Positions 46,601-55,360 of a DNA stretch of 64,000 nt are shown piece after piece. Source of the DNA: Escherichia coli (GTDB lineage Bacteria > Pseudomonadota > Gammaproteobacteria > Enterobacterales > Enterobacteriaceae); the NCBI RefSeq assembly GCF_003334335.1, contig NZ_QOWQ01000001.1. One strand, 5' to 3'. Made by a program: the position numbers and the translations under genes. Positions within the stretch are counted from its first letter, which is position 1. Each line of letters starts with the position of its first letter. The notes below the pieces were generated by a model. That model saw only the letters and a list, made by a program, of their open reading frames with translations, had not been told where the DNA came from and did not search any database.

Positions 46601-46753
46601 ACAGGTTTCACCGAAGACGCTAACAGTTTTACCTTTTACAGGTGAGTAAAACTGTTGCTCGGGAATACCAAAGATTGAGCGTTGTTGTTGGTATTCATCA
46701 AATATGCGCGTCAAAAGTTCCTCAAACGGAATGGGACGCATAATATCCCCCAT
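43655..46753 (-). CDS. ygfK: Large Fe-S flavoprotein oxidoreductase (dihydropyrimidine dehydrogenase / glutamate synthase beta-like); putative selenate-reductase-associated subunit
   Basis: ORF track 43655..46753 (-), 1032 aa; [20 protein letters not shown] dinucleotide motif; C-terminal CLECNYVCSKCVDVCP and CNECGNCAQFCP ferredoxin clusters. Confidence 0.85.
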   Translation of the reverse strand: MGDIMRPIPFEELLTRIFDEYQQQRSIFGIPEQQFYSPVKGKTVSVFGETCATPVGPAAGPHTQLAQNIVTSWLTGGRFIELKTVQILDRLELEKPCIDAEDECFNTEWSTEFTLLKAWDEYLKAWFALHLLEAMFQPSDSGKSFIFNMSVGYNLEGIKQPPMQQFIDNMMDASDHPKFAQYRDTLNKLLQDDAFLARHGLQEKRESLQALPARIPTSMVHGVTLSTMHGCPPHEIEAICRYMLEEKGLNTFVKLNPTLLGYARVREILDVCGFGYIGLKEESFDHDLKLTQALEMLERLMALAKEKSLGFGVKLTNTLGTINNKGALPGEEMYMSGRALFPLSINVAAVLSRAFDGKLPISYSGGASQLTIRDIFDTGIRPITMATDLLKPGGYLRLSACMRELEGSDAWGLDHVDVERLNRLAADALTMEYTQKHWKPEERIEVAEDLPLTDCYVAPCVTACAIKQDIPEYIRLLGEHRYADALELIYQRNALPAITGHICDHQCQYNCTRLDYDSALNIRELKKVALEKGWDEYKQRWHKPAGSGSRHPVAVIGAGPAGLAAGYFLARAGHPVTLFEREANAGGVVKNIIPQFRIPAELIQHDIDFVAAHGVKFEYGCSPDLTIEQLKNQGFHYVLIATGTDKNSGVKLAGDNQNVWKSLPFLREYNKGTALKLGKHVVVVGAGNTAMDCARAALRVPGVEKATIVYRRSLQEMPAWREEYEEALHDGVEFRFLNNPERFDADGTLTLRVMSLGEPDEKGRRRPVETNETVTLLVDSLITAIGEQQDTEALNAMGVPLDKNGWPDVDHNGETRLTDVFMIGDVQRGPSSIVAAVGTARRATDAILSRENIRSHQNDKYWNNVNPAEIYQRKGDISITLVNSDDRDAFVAQEAARCLECNYVCSKCVDVCPNRANVSIAVPGFQNRFQTLHLDAYCNECGNCAQFCPWNGKPYKDKITVFSLAQDFDNSSNPGFLVEDCRVRVRLNNQSWVLNIDSKGQFNNVPPELNDMCRIISHVHQHHHYLLGRVEV

Positions 46754-46826
46754 AACCCTCTCCTTAGCTTATACAGATATCATTGAGTGACCGGTGTTGA
46801 GAAATCCGGTGGTTTAGGGGGATAGA

Positions 46827-46841
46827 GCAACAATCGCACCA
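46827..46841 (-). promoter_or_regulatory. Weak candidate sigma54 promoter upstream of ygfK
   Basis: Reverse strand reads TGGTGC-GATTG-TTGC (GG and GC at correct spacing, two mismatches in the -24 box), about 75 nt upstream of the ygfK start. Confidence 0.2.
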
Positions 46842-47074
46842 CTCTTGCCAGGTTTGGCGGGAAATATAAAAAAATGTGAGGCGGCTCGAAACTTAAGGGC
46901 TTTTTGTGAATGAACTCACAGGTGCTAAATGAGAATTAAAATCACTCCTGAAAATTATTATTGCCAGCCCATTTATCAATTTTTCTCTTTTCTCAAAATC
47001 AGTGATTCCTTATCATTATGATAATGAGTGCCGGAAGGATTAAATATTTGAACGCAATCGTTTAACTACGTTTT

Positions 47075-47653
47075 CTAAATTTCAGTATACCTTTCCTTCG
47101 CTGTAATAAAGTCGTCCGGAGTATCAATATCTAAAATTATTTCTGCATTTTCTATTTCGACGGAATAATGATCTCCCATAAGGAGTGCCTGACGCATATT
47201 GGTGACATTGGGTCGTTGGATTGCCTGCATCAGGCATGGTTTTGACACTAAAATCGGATGGCCGGGGATGCCATTATGGAGTGGCAGTATTGCGCCATCA
47301 TTTCGTAACGACCAGATTTTTCTAAAAATATCGATGGTGAGGGTTGGCATGTCACCGTGGGTGAGAAAACAATGTTCTGTTTGCACTGCGGGTACTGCGG
47401 CCTTGACGGATGTTAGTAAACCCTGCGCATAATCTGGGTTGTGAATAATAGTGATATTGCTCTGGTTCGCATAACGTTCGTGCAGTTCATTACCACGATA
47501 GCCGGTGACTAAAATAATTCGGCTACAAAACTGCAACGCATTTTTGATACTTGTATCAAGAATTGTTCCCTGTTCCCAGGGTAACATCATTTTCCATTGC
47601 CCCATTCTTGATGATAATCCGGCAGCGGTAATTATACAGTCGATGGCTGACAT
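47075..47653 (-). CDS. mocA: Molybdenum cofactor cytidylyltransferase (MobA-like NTP-transferase)
   Basis: ORF track 47075..47653 (-), 192 aa; MSAIDCIITAAGLSSRMG nucleotidyltransferase signature. Confidence 0.8.
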   Translation of the reverse strand: MSAIDCIITAAGLSSRMGQWKMMLPWEQGTILDTSIKNALQFCSRIILVTGYRGNELHERYANQSNITIIHNPDYAQGLLTSVKAAVPAVQTEHCFLTHGDMPTLTIDIFRKIWSLRNDGAILPLHNGIPGHPILVSKPCLMQAIQRPNVTNMRQALLMGDHYSVEIENAEIILDIDTPDDFITAKERYTEI

Positions 47654-47755
47654 AGTGGTTCCATTATTTATAGGGGCTAATAACGCCTGATAATTGCGTT
47701 ACTTCCTGATGGATTAAGTTGGGGATAATTTATCCCAGAGAGGTCATAAAGACTC

Positions 47756-48526
47756 GTGAAAAGTATAGTTGACCCATCGGCATTAGTCATTGATTTAGGT
47801 GCGCAGAAACGTCCCACTGTGATTTCTGTTGTTGGTGCTGGGGGGAAAACCAGCTTGCTTTTTTGGCTGGCAGAACTGCTCCAGGCTAGCGGCAGGCGTG
47901 TGTTAATCACGACGACGACACATATGTTTATGCCAACGTCTCACTGGCCCGTGGTTTTCTGTCGTGATCCCGCCATGCTTCCTCATGCGTCTCTTACATC
48001 CCCCATTTCATTTTGTTTTCACAGCTGGAAAGCGAACCAGGGAAAAGTGCAGGGATTTACGCCAGAAGCGATTGATGCACTGGTGCAACGACCAGAGTGT
48101 GACGTAATTCTCATTGAAGCAGATGGCTCGCGTGGAATGCCGTTAAAAGCGCCTGATGAGCACGAACCTTGCATACCCAAAAGCAGTTGCTGCGTGATTG
48201 CTGTGATGGGAGGACATACTTTGGGCGCGAAAGTGAGCACAGAAAATGTCCATCGCTGGTCGCAGTTTGCTGATATTACCGGGTTAACACCTGATGCAAC
48301 CTTGCAACTGAGCGATCTCGTTGCGCTGGTTCGCCACCCTCAGGGGGCGTTTAAAAACGTACCGCAAGGTTGTCGGCGAGTCTGGTTCATTAACCGTTTT
48401 TCTCAATGTGAGAATGCGATTGCACAAAGCGAGCTCCTTCAACCGCTGCAACAACACGACGTAGAGGCAATCTGGCTGGGCGATATACAAGAACATCCTG
48501 CAATCGCGCGCAGATTTGTGAATTAG
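47756..48526 (+). CDS. yqeC: Selenium-dependent molybdenum hydroxylase maturation protein YqeC (P-loop)
   Basis: ORF track 47756..48526, 256 aa, GTG start; VVGAGGKTSLL P-loop. Confidence 0.75.
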   Translation: MKSIVDPSALVIDLGAQKRPTVISVVGAGGKTSLLFWLAELLQASGRRVLITTTTHMFMPTSHWPVVFCRDPAMLPHASLTSPISFCFHSWKANQGKVQGFTPEAIDALVQRPECDVILIEADGSRGMPLKAPDEHEPCIPKSSCCVIAVMGGHTLGAKVSTENVHRWSQFADITGLTPDATLQLSDLVALVRHPQGAFKNVPQGCRRVWFINRFSQCENAIAQSELLQPLQQHDVEAIWLGDIQEHPAIARRFVN

Positions 48527-48573
48527 CGGCCCGGGTATTCCGGGTTACTGAAAGGATATCCATTGAGGTTGGT

Positions 48574-50199
48574 ATGAATATTTTCACAGAGGCTGCAAAA
48601 CTCGAAGAGCAAAATTGTCCGTTTGCTATGGCGCAAATTGTTGATAGCCGAGGCTCGACTCCCCGCCATTCTGCACAAATGTTAGTGCGCGCCGATGGTT
48701 CTATCGTCGGTACAATTGGTGGCGGAATGGTTGAGCGGAAGGTGATTGAAGAGTCGCTTCAGGCATTGCAGGAACGTAAGCCGCGATTATTCCATGGACG
48801 TATGGCTCGTAACGGTGCGGATGCTGTCGGGTCAGATTGTGGAGGTGCAATGTCAGTATTTATCAGCGTCCATGGTATGCGTCCACGTCTGGTGTTGATT
48901 GGCGCGGGGCATGTCAACCGGGCGATAGCCCAGAGTGCGGCGCTATTAGGATTTGATATTGCCGTTGCTGATATTTATCGCGAAAGCCTCAATCCTGAAC
49001 TATTCCCACCATCAACCACGCTTCTCCATGCTGAGTCGTTTGGTGCGGCAGTGGAAGCACTGGATATTCGCCCTGATAATTTTGTCCTGATTGCCACGAA
49101 TAATCAGGATCGTGAAGCCCTCGACAAACTCATTGAACAGCCCATTGCATGGTTGGGGTTGCTGGCAAGTCGTCGCAAGGTTCAGCTTTTCCTGCGTCAA
49201 TTGCGTGAGAAAGGCGTGGCTGAAGAACATATTGCCCGTTTACATGCGCCCGTTGGTTACAACATAGGTGCGGAAACGCCGCAGGAGATCGCCATCAGCG
49301 TGCTGGCAGAAATATTACAGGTGAAAAATAACGCGCCGGGTGGGCTGATGATGAAACCTTCTCATCCTTCCGGACACCAGCTGGTGGTGATTCGCGGTGC
49401 GGGAGATATCGCCAGTGGTGTGGCGCTACGTCTGTATCATGCGGGTTTTAAAGTGATCATGCTGGAAGTGGAAAAACCGACAGTGATTCGTTGTACCGTG
49501 GCGTTTGCCCAGGCCGTGTTCGATGGCGAAATGACGGTCGAAGGCGTCACTGCTCGCCTGGCAACCAGCTCTGCGGAAGCGATGAAACTTACCGAACGCG
49601 GATTCATTCCTGTGATGGTAGATCCCGCCTGTTCATTGCTTGATGAACTGAAACCGCTTTGCGTGGTGGACGCTATTCTGGCGAAACAGAATTTGGGAAC
49701 GCGGGCAGATATGGCACCAGTAACAATCGCGCTTGGGCCGGGCTTTACTGCTGGGAAGGATTGTCATGCGGTAATTGAAACAAATCGCGGGCACTGGCTC
49801 GGTCAGGTGATTTACTCTGGTTGTGCGCAGGAGAATACCGGTGTTCCTGGCAATATTATGGGGCATACCACCCGACGGGTGATCCGTGCTCCTGCTGCAG
49901 GCATTATGCGATCCAACGTGAAATTAGGCGATCTGGTGAAAGAGGGCGATGTGATTGCCTGGATTGGTGAGCATGAAATTAAAGCACCGTTGACGGGGAT
50001 GGTGCGTGGCTTGTTGAACGACGGCCTGGCAGTGGTTGGTGGTTTTAAAATTGGTGATATCGATCCTCGTGGTGAAACCGCTGATTTCACCAGCGTTTCT
50101 GATAAAGCCCGGGCGATTGGCGGCGGCGTACTTGAGGCGTTAATGATGTTGATGCATCAGGGCGTGAAAGCGACAAAAGAAGTGCTGGAAGTGGCTTAA
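48574..50199 (+). CDS. yqeB: XdhC/CoxI-family accessory protein YqeB (selenium-dependent molybdenum hydroxylase system)
   Basis: ORF track 48574..50199, 541 aa; Rossmann-like LIGAGHVNRAIAQ and VVIRGAGDIASGVA segments. Confidence 0.75.
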   Translation: MNIFTEAAKLEEQNCPFAMAQIVDSRGSTPRHSAQMLVRADGSIVGTIGGGMVERKVIEESLQALQERKPRLFHGRMARNGADAVGSDCGGAMSVFISVHGMRPRLVLIGAGHVNRAIAQSAALLGFDIAVADIYRESLNPELFPPSTTLLHAESFGAAVEALDIRPDNFVLIATNNQDREALDKLIEQPIAWLGLLASRRKVQLFLRQLREKGVAEEHIARLHAPVGYNIGAETPQEIAISVLAEILQVKNNAPGGLMMKPSHPSGHQLVVIRGAGDIASGVALRLYHAGFKVIMLEVEKPTVIRCTVAFAQAVFDGEMTVEGVTARLATSSAEAMKLTERGFIPVMVDPACSLLDELKPLCVVDAILAKQNLGTRADMAPVTIALGPGFTAGKDCHAVIETNRGHWLGQVIYSGCAQENTGVPGNIMGHTTRRVIRAPAAGIMRSNVKLGDLVKEGDVIAWIGEHEIKAPLTGMVRGLLNDGLAVVGGFKIGDIDPRGETADFTSVSDKARAIGGGVLEALMMLMHQGVKATKEVLEVA

Positions 50200-50206
50200 A
50201 TGAAAA

Positions 50207-50414
50207 TGGCCGGATGGTATTACCCACCCGGCCTGAGACTGATGACAAACGCCAAATTGCCTGATGCGCTACGCTTATCAGGCCTACAAGTGCATTGCAA
50301 TCTATTGAATTTGCGATGTTTTGTAGGACGGATAAGGCGCTCGCGCCGCATCCGGCATCAACAAAGCGCACTTACTTGACAATCTTTGGCCGGATGGTAT
50401 TACCCACCCGGCCT
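50207..50414. repeat. REP pair flanked by two identical 28-bp near-palindromic direct repeats, filling the yqeB-yqeA convergent spacer
   Basis: TGGCCGGATGGTATTACCCACCCGGCCT at 50207-50234 and again at 50387-50414; between them GCCTGATGCGCTACGCTTATCAGGCCTAC and TGTAGGACGGATAAGGCGCTCGCGCCGCATCCGGCA. Confidence 0.75.
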
Positions 50415-50419
50415 TTAAA

Positions 50420-51352
50420 TTACTGACAAATCACCGTTCCTGTTTTGCCTTCAATCCCTTCTTTCGCTTTGCTCAATACGGTAATCAGTGCTTCACGACC
50501 TGCGCGAGAGCGAGCAAACGAGGCGGCAGCTTCCACTTTAGGCAGCATAGAACCTTTCGCAAAATGACCTTCTTCGATAAAGCGTTCAGCATCACTTAAT
50601 GACAGGCGATCGAGCCACTGTTCATTCTCTTTACCGAAGTTAATGGCCACTTTTTCTACCGCAGTCAGAATGATCAGCATATCGGCATCAATCATTTCTG
50701 CTAAACGGGCGCTGGCCCAGTCTTTATCGATAACCGCGCTGGCACCACGCAGATGGTTACCTTCACGAATAACAGGGATACCACCACCGCCAACGGTGAT
50801 CACCACCTGACCTGCATCTACCAGAGCTTTAACCGTTTCTTTTTCAATGATATCAACCGGTTTTGGCGAGGCAACAACACGGCGATAGCCGCGACCAGCA
50901 TCTTCTTTCAGAGTGTAACCCTGTTTTGTCAGTTGCTCTGCTTCTTGCTCGGTAAAGAACGAACCGATCGGCTTGGTCGGGTTGAGGAATGCCGGATCGT
51001 TAGCGTCGACTTCGACCTGAGTAACCAGCGTTGCTACAGGTTTATTAATGCCCCGAGAAAGCAGTTCTTCTCTTAAAGCGTTTTGTAGATCGTAACCAAT
51101 ATAACCCTGGCTTAATGCAACACAGACAGACATCGGCAGCATTGGCGAGTGCGCTTCAGTTTTTGCGGCAGCTTCAAAGGCCTGGTTAATCATGCCCACC
51201 TGCGGCCCGTTACCATGAGTGACGATAACTTCATGTCCCTGGGCAATTAAATCAACAATTGCCTGAGAAGTAATTTTTACCGCTTTCATTTGCCCGGCCA
51301 GGTCATCGCCCAGCGCATTCCCGCCCAGGGCGAGAACAATTTTCTTACTCAT
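50420..51352 (-). CDS. yqeA: Carbamate kinase-like protein
   Basis: ORF track 50420..51352 (-), 310 aa; MSKKIVLALGGNALG amino-acid-kinase N-terminus. Confidence 0.85.
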   Translation of the reverse strand: MSKKIVLALGGNALGDDLAGQMKAVKITSQAIVDLIAQGHEVIVTHGNGPQVGMINQAFEAAAKTEAHSPMLPMSVCVALSQGYIGYDLQNALREELLSRGINKPVATLVTQVEVDANDPAFLNPTKPIGSFFTEQEAEQLTKQGYTLKEDAGRGYRRVVASPKPVDIIEKETVKALVDAGQVVITVGGGGIPVIREGNHLRGASAVIDKDWASARLAEMIDADMLIILTAVEKVAINFGKENEQWLDRLSLSDAERFIEEGHFAKGSMLPKVEAAASFARSRAGREALITVLSKAKEGIEGKTGTVICQ

Positions 51353-51399
51353 TTTTCCTCACTCATCATTCTTGATTGTGTATAGATCCCTGGCAGTGG

Positions 51400-52785
51400 T
51401 TAGAGCACGGGAGGGACAAACGGTTTGCGTCGCAGGAAACGACCTCGCCCGGCTTTGCCTGTAAAGGTGCCGTCACAGAAAATCGTTTCACCACGGGATA
51501 AGGTTCTGACAATCGCGCCCTGACAGGTAAAACCCTCCCATGGCGAGTAGTCGGCGTTGTCGTGGAGATGGCGATGCTGAATTTGTTGGCTCTGACGTGG
51601 GTCGATAATCACCACGTCGCCGTCGGAACCGGGCGCTAATAATCCTTTTTGCGGCCACAGGCCAAACAACCTGGCGGGCATTGCGCTGGTTAATTCAACA
51701 AAGCGTTCCGGTGTTATACGTCCCGTCATCACGCCACTGGAAAACAGTAACTGCATGCGGTTTTCCACACCGGGTAAGCCATTTGGGCAGCGACTGAAAT
51801 CGCCTTTAGAAATTTGCAGGCGTTGAGCCATCGAGAAGGTGCAGTGATCGGTTGCCACCACGTCAATCGCACCATCGCTGATGCCACACCACAGTTTGTC
51901 CTGCTCGCGTACGTTACGCAGCGGTGGGCTAAGAATGAACTTCATGCCATCTTCTGTATCGTAACTGCGTTCGTCCAACAGGAGATATTGTGGGCAGGTT
52001 TCAACCCAGACTGGCTGGTGATTCGCACGGGCAAGACGCAGATAATCCAGACCTAAGCCGTTAGACAGGTGCACGATATAGAGCGGGGCGTTACCGGCAA
52101 TTTGTGCCAGGTTAATCATGCGGGCGATGGCTTCCGCTTCGCATTCCAGAGGGCGACTCAAGGCATGATAGCGCGGCGCGGTTAACCCTGCGGCGATAAA
52201 TTCCGCCCGCTTGCTGGCGATAGCCGCATCATTTTCCGGGTGCACGGTGGTCAGCGCGCCGGATTCATGCAAGCGGCGTAATGCCTGCAAAACCTCGTCA
52301 TCGTTGAGTTTGTATTGATAGGTTAAATAGAGTTTAAAACTGCTCAGTCCTTCCTCGACCATCATCGGGATTTCGTCGAGGATTGCGTGATTAATGTGCT
52401 GGATCACACCGTGAAAGCTGTAATCGATGACCGCTTTATGGGCGGCATAACCACGATAAACCTCCAGTTGATGGCGTAACCGACAGCCGTTTGGGCCAAA
52501 TCCCATATGGTCAATAATGGTTGTTGTACCGCCACACGCAGCTGCGCGGGTACCGGTAAAAAAATCATCACAACTGCGCGCGATGCCGACATCAATATTG
52601 AAATGCGTATGGACATCCACGCCGCCAGGGAAAACGTAACAGCCAGTGGCATCAATTTCTTCATACGGGAGCTGCGGCGAAATATTGTTGCCCAACTGGC
52701 GAACAATCCCGCTTTCAATCAGCAAATCCTGTTTGGCTTGTCCATCTGCGTTAACGACAGTGCCGTTTTTGATCAATACGCGCAT
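51400..52785 (-). CDS. hyuA: Hydantoinase/dihydropyrimidinase-family cyclic amidohydrolase
   Basis: ORF track 51400..52797 (-); start set at MRVLIKNGTVVNADG (461 aa); DVHTHF metal motif. Confidence 0.85.
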   Translation of the reverse strand: MRVLIKNGTVVNADGQAKQDLLIESGIVRQLGNNISPQLPYEEIDATGCYVFPGGVDVHTHFNIDVGIARSCDDFFTGTRAAACGGTTTIIDHMGFGPNGCRLRHQLEVYRGYAAHKAVIDYSFHGVIQHINHAILDEIPMMVEEGLSSFKLYLTYQYKLNDDEVLQALRRLHESGALTTVHPENDAAIASKRAEFIAAGLTAPRYHALSRPLECEAEAIARMINLAQIAGNAPLYIVHLSNGLGLDYLRLARANHQPVWVETCPQYLLLDERSYDTEDGMKFILSPPLRNVREQDKLWCGISDGAIDVVATDHCTFSMAQRLQISKGDFSRCPNGLPGVENRMQLLFSSGVMTGRITPERFVELTSAMPARLFGLWPQKGLLAPGSDGDVVIIDPRQSQQIQHRHLHDNADYSPWEGFTCQGAIVRTLSRGETIFCDGTFTGKAGRGRFLRRKPFVPPVL

Positions 52786-52837
52786 AGCAAACTCCAAAAA
52801 CCCTCCGGCGAACCGGAGGGGAATAAGTGAAGAGTAA

Positions 52838-54049
52838 TTACTCTGTTGCCAGCCAGCTTAACGGGATTGCAGCGTACATCGCGGCACAGGTCACCAGGTG
52901 AGATTTCCAGGTTTTTTCGTTAGGTGCATGCGCTTCAGGTTCTTTACCCGGGCCAAAGCCGATCACCGGAATGCCGTGACGGCCCATGATAGATACGCCG
53001 TTAGTTGAGAAGGTCCACTTATCAACAACCGGCGCTTTGCCAAACAGCCCTTCGTAGGCATTCACCAGTGCTTTAACGGTGAAGTGATCTTCTTCCACTT
53101 TCCAGGTCGGGAAGTAGCATTCGGTTGGGTAAACCAGGCCAGTCCAGGACGGACGGTCGTAGTTGTACATAGAAACAACCGCGTTAGCTTTCTGTACTGC
53201 AGGCAGGGCGCGGATTTCGTCCAGCGCGCCTTCCCAGGTTTCGCCCCAGGTCAGACGACGGTCGATTGAAACTGCGCAGCTGTCTGCTACAGCGCAACGG
53301 CTTGGGGATGTGAAGAAGATTTCAGAAACGGTGAGGGTGCCTTTGCCGAGGAATTCGTCATAACCCAGACGTTGGGAGAGTTCTTGTAATTCGCCAAGAA
53401 TCGGACCCATTTTGAAAATGGCGTTATCACCGCGTTCTGGTGCAGAACCGTGGCAGCTAACACCCTGAACATCAATACGAATTTCCATACGACCGCGCTG
53501 ACCACGGTATACCTGGCAGTCGGTTGGTTCGGTACTGACCACAAATTCCGGGCGAATGCCGGATTGTTCAATAATGTACTGCCAGCACAGACCGTCGCAG
53601 TCTTCTTCCTGCACCGTACCGGTAACCAGCAGGGTATATTCATCTTCCAGACCGAGGTCTTTAATGATTTTACCGGCATAAACCATAGAGGCCATGCCAC
53701 CTTCCTGGTCGGAAGTACCGCGACCACCAATCAGTTCATCAGTTTCCATGCCTTCGTACGGATCGAAGTCCCAGTTTTTGATGTTGCCAATGCCGACGGT
53801 ATCGATATGAGCGTCCATTGCCACCAGACGCGGGCCGTGGCCGATATAACCGAGAACGTTGCCCATCGGGTCGATTTCAACTTTATCGAAGCCGACTTTT
53901 TCCATCTCTTCTTTAATACGATGTACTACGCGTTTCTCGTCGCAGCTTTCACTGGGAATAGCAACCATGTCGCGCAGGAAGCGAGTCATATCCGCCTGGT
54001 AATCTTTTGCTTTTTCAAGAATCAGTTTGAATGGAATATTCTTAGCCAT
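52838..54049 (-). CDS. ygeY: M20-family metallopeptidase / amidohydrolase
   Basis: ORF track 52838..54049 (-), 403 aa; ArgE/DapE-like pattern ([14 protein letters not shown]). Confidence 0.8.
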
Positions 54050-54106
54050 TATTTTTCTCCAGATTTTTTACTCCCCGTTTTGCAGGGAGCAGTTCCAATA
54101 GGGTGA

Positions 54107-55303
54107 TTAAGGTGCTACAGCGTGTTTGCCTTCCCAGACAACTTCGCGGTAGTGCTTCACGTCGGTGTCGCCTTCAGTGCTGATAACCAGCACCACGGCA
54201 TCTTTGTTCAGCGCCAGTTTTTCCATCAGGCTTTGACGTTGCGGGTGATAATGAACCGCTGCGAGAACGCCCAAACCGACAGCGCCGGATTCACCGGAGA
54301 TGATGCGCGGGTCGTTGCCGTACGGATTACCCAGCACGCGCATACCTAATGCGGCAACGCTGTCCTGGCAGGAGATGAATTGGGTGGCGCAGTTACGTAG
54401 GATTTCCCAGCCCAGCGGGTTAGGTTCGCCACAGGCCAGGCCTGCCATGATGGTGGCCATATCACCGCCAACGTTGACGATGTCGCCTTTGACGCCGGAG
54501 CGATAAATACAGTCAGCTTTGTCAGGTTCAACAATAATGCTGTGCAGATTTTGCGGGCTATAGACGTCGACCAGATAACCCAGCACACCACCGGCCATTG
54601 CTCCGACACCGGCTTGCAGCAGAACGTGCGTCGGGGTTACGCCCATTTCACGCATTTGCTCGACGGCTTCATCTGCCAGGGTTGCGTAGCCTTGCATGAT
54701 CCAGGTTGGGATTTTGGTGTAACCTTCCCATGCCGTGTCCTGTACCACTTCCCAGCCGTGCTGCTGCGCGTGTTGCATGGTCAGGCGAACGGTATCGTCA
54801 TAGTTCATATCCGTGACGATGCACTCGGCACCGAGGTTCAGAATGGCGTCAACGCGTTCCTGAGCAGAACCTTTCGGCATGTAAATCACCGCATTCTGTC
54901 CGAGTTGCTGTGCTGCCCACGCCACACCGCGCCCGTGGTTGCCGTCGGTGGTGGTCGCGAAAGTCATTTTTTCGCCGATGGCATTTTTCAGGTGCTCAAA
55001 TGACAGCGTTTCGATATCAAGATGATATTTTTCACACAATAATTGAGCGATGGCGTACGCACCGCCAAGCATTTTGAAGGCGTTCAGACCGAATCGTTTT
55101 GATTCGTCTTTGACGAGAATTTTCTTCACACCAAAAAGGTTTGCGAGATCGTCCAGCGCACAAAGCGGTGTTGGGCGATAACCAGCTATTTTCTGGTGGA
55201 ACTGGCGCGCCAGTTTGGCCTGGCTTTGCGAAAAGAGCGGTGATGTTTCGCCGTTGAAAAATTTGTTATCGGCGATATCAATCTTCAATGAGAAAACGGA
55301 CAT
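54107..55303 (-). CDS. dpaL: 2,3-diaminopropionate ammonia-lyase (PLP-dependent)
   Basis: ORF track 54107..55303 (-), 398 aa; PLP fold-type II features (KDESKRFGLNAFKMLG). Confidence 0.8.
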   Translation of the reverse strand: MSVFSLKIDIADNKFFNGETSPLFSQSQAKLARQFHQKIAGYRPTPLCALDDLANLFGVKKILVKDESKRFGLNAFKMLGGAYAIAQLLCEKYHLDIETLSFEHLKNAIGEKMTFATTTDGNHGRGVAWAAQQLGQNAVIYMPKGSAQERVDAILNLGAECIVTDMNYDDTVRLTMQHAQQHGWEVVQDTAWEGYTKIPTWIMQGYATLADEAVEQMREMGVTPTHVLLQAGVGAMAGGVLGYLVDVYSPQNLHSIIVEPDKADCIYRSGVKGDIVNVGGDMATIMAGLACGEPNPLGWEILRNCATQFISCQDSVAALGMRVLGNPYGNDPRIISGESGAVGLGVLAAVHYHPQRQSLMEKLALNKDAVVLVISTEGDTDVKHYREVVWEGKHAVAP

Positions 55304-55360
55304 ATCCTATCCTTTTGGCCTCTGGAAATAGAGGGCCGACCAGCTGATCGGCCCGAGGGG

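Noticed and set aside
38627-46753. Possible selenocysteine (in-frame TGA plus SECIS) in xdhD or ygfK
   Set aside because: Both reading frames are continuous with no internal TGA, so selenium involvement, if any, would be as a cofactor ligand and not as selenocysteine.
53450-54106. 218-aa forward ORF
   Set aside because: Antisense to ygeY; no ribosome-binding site and no motif support.
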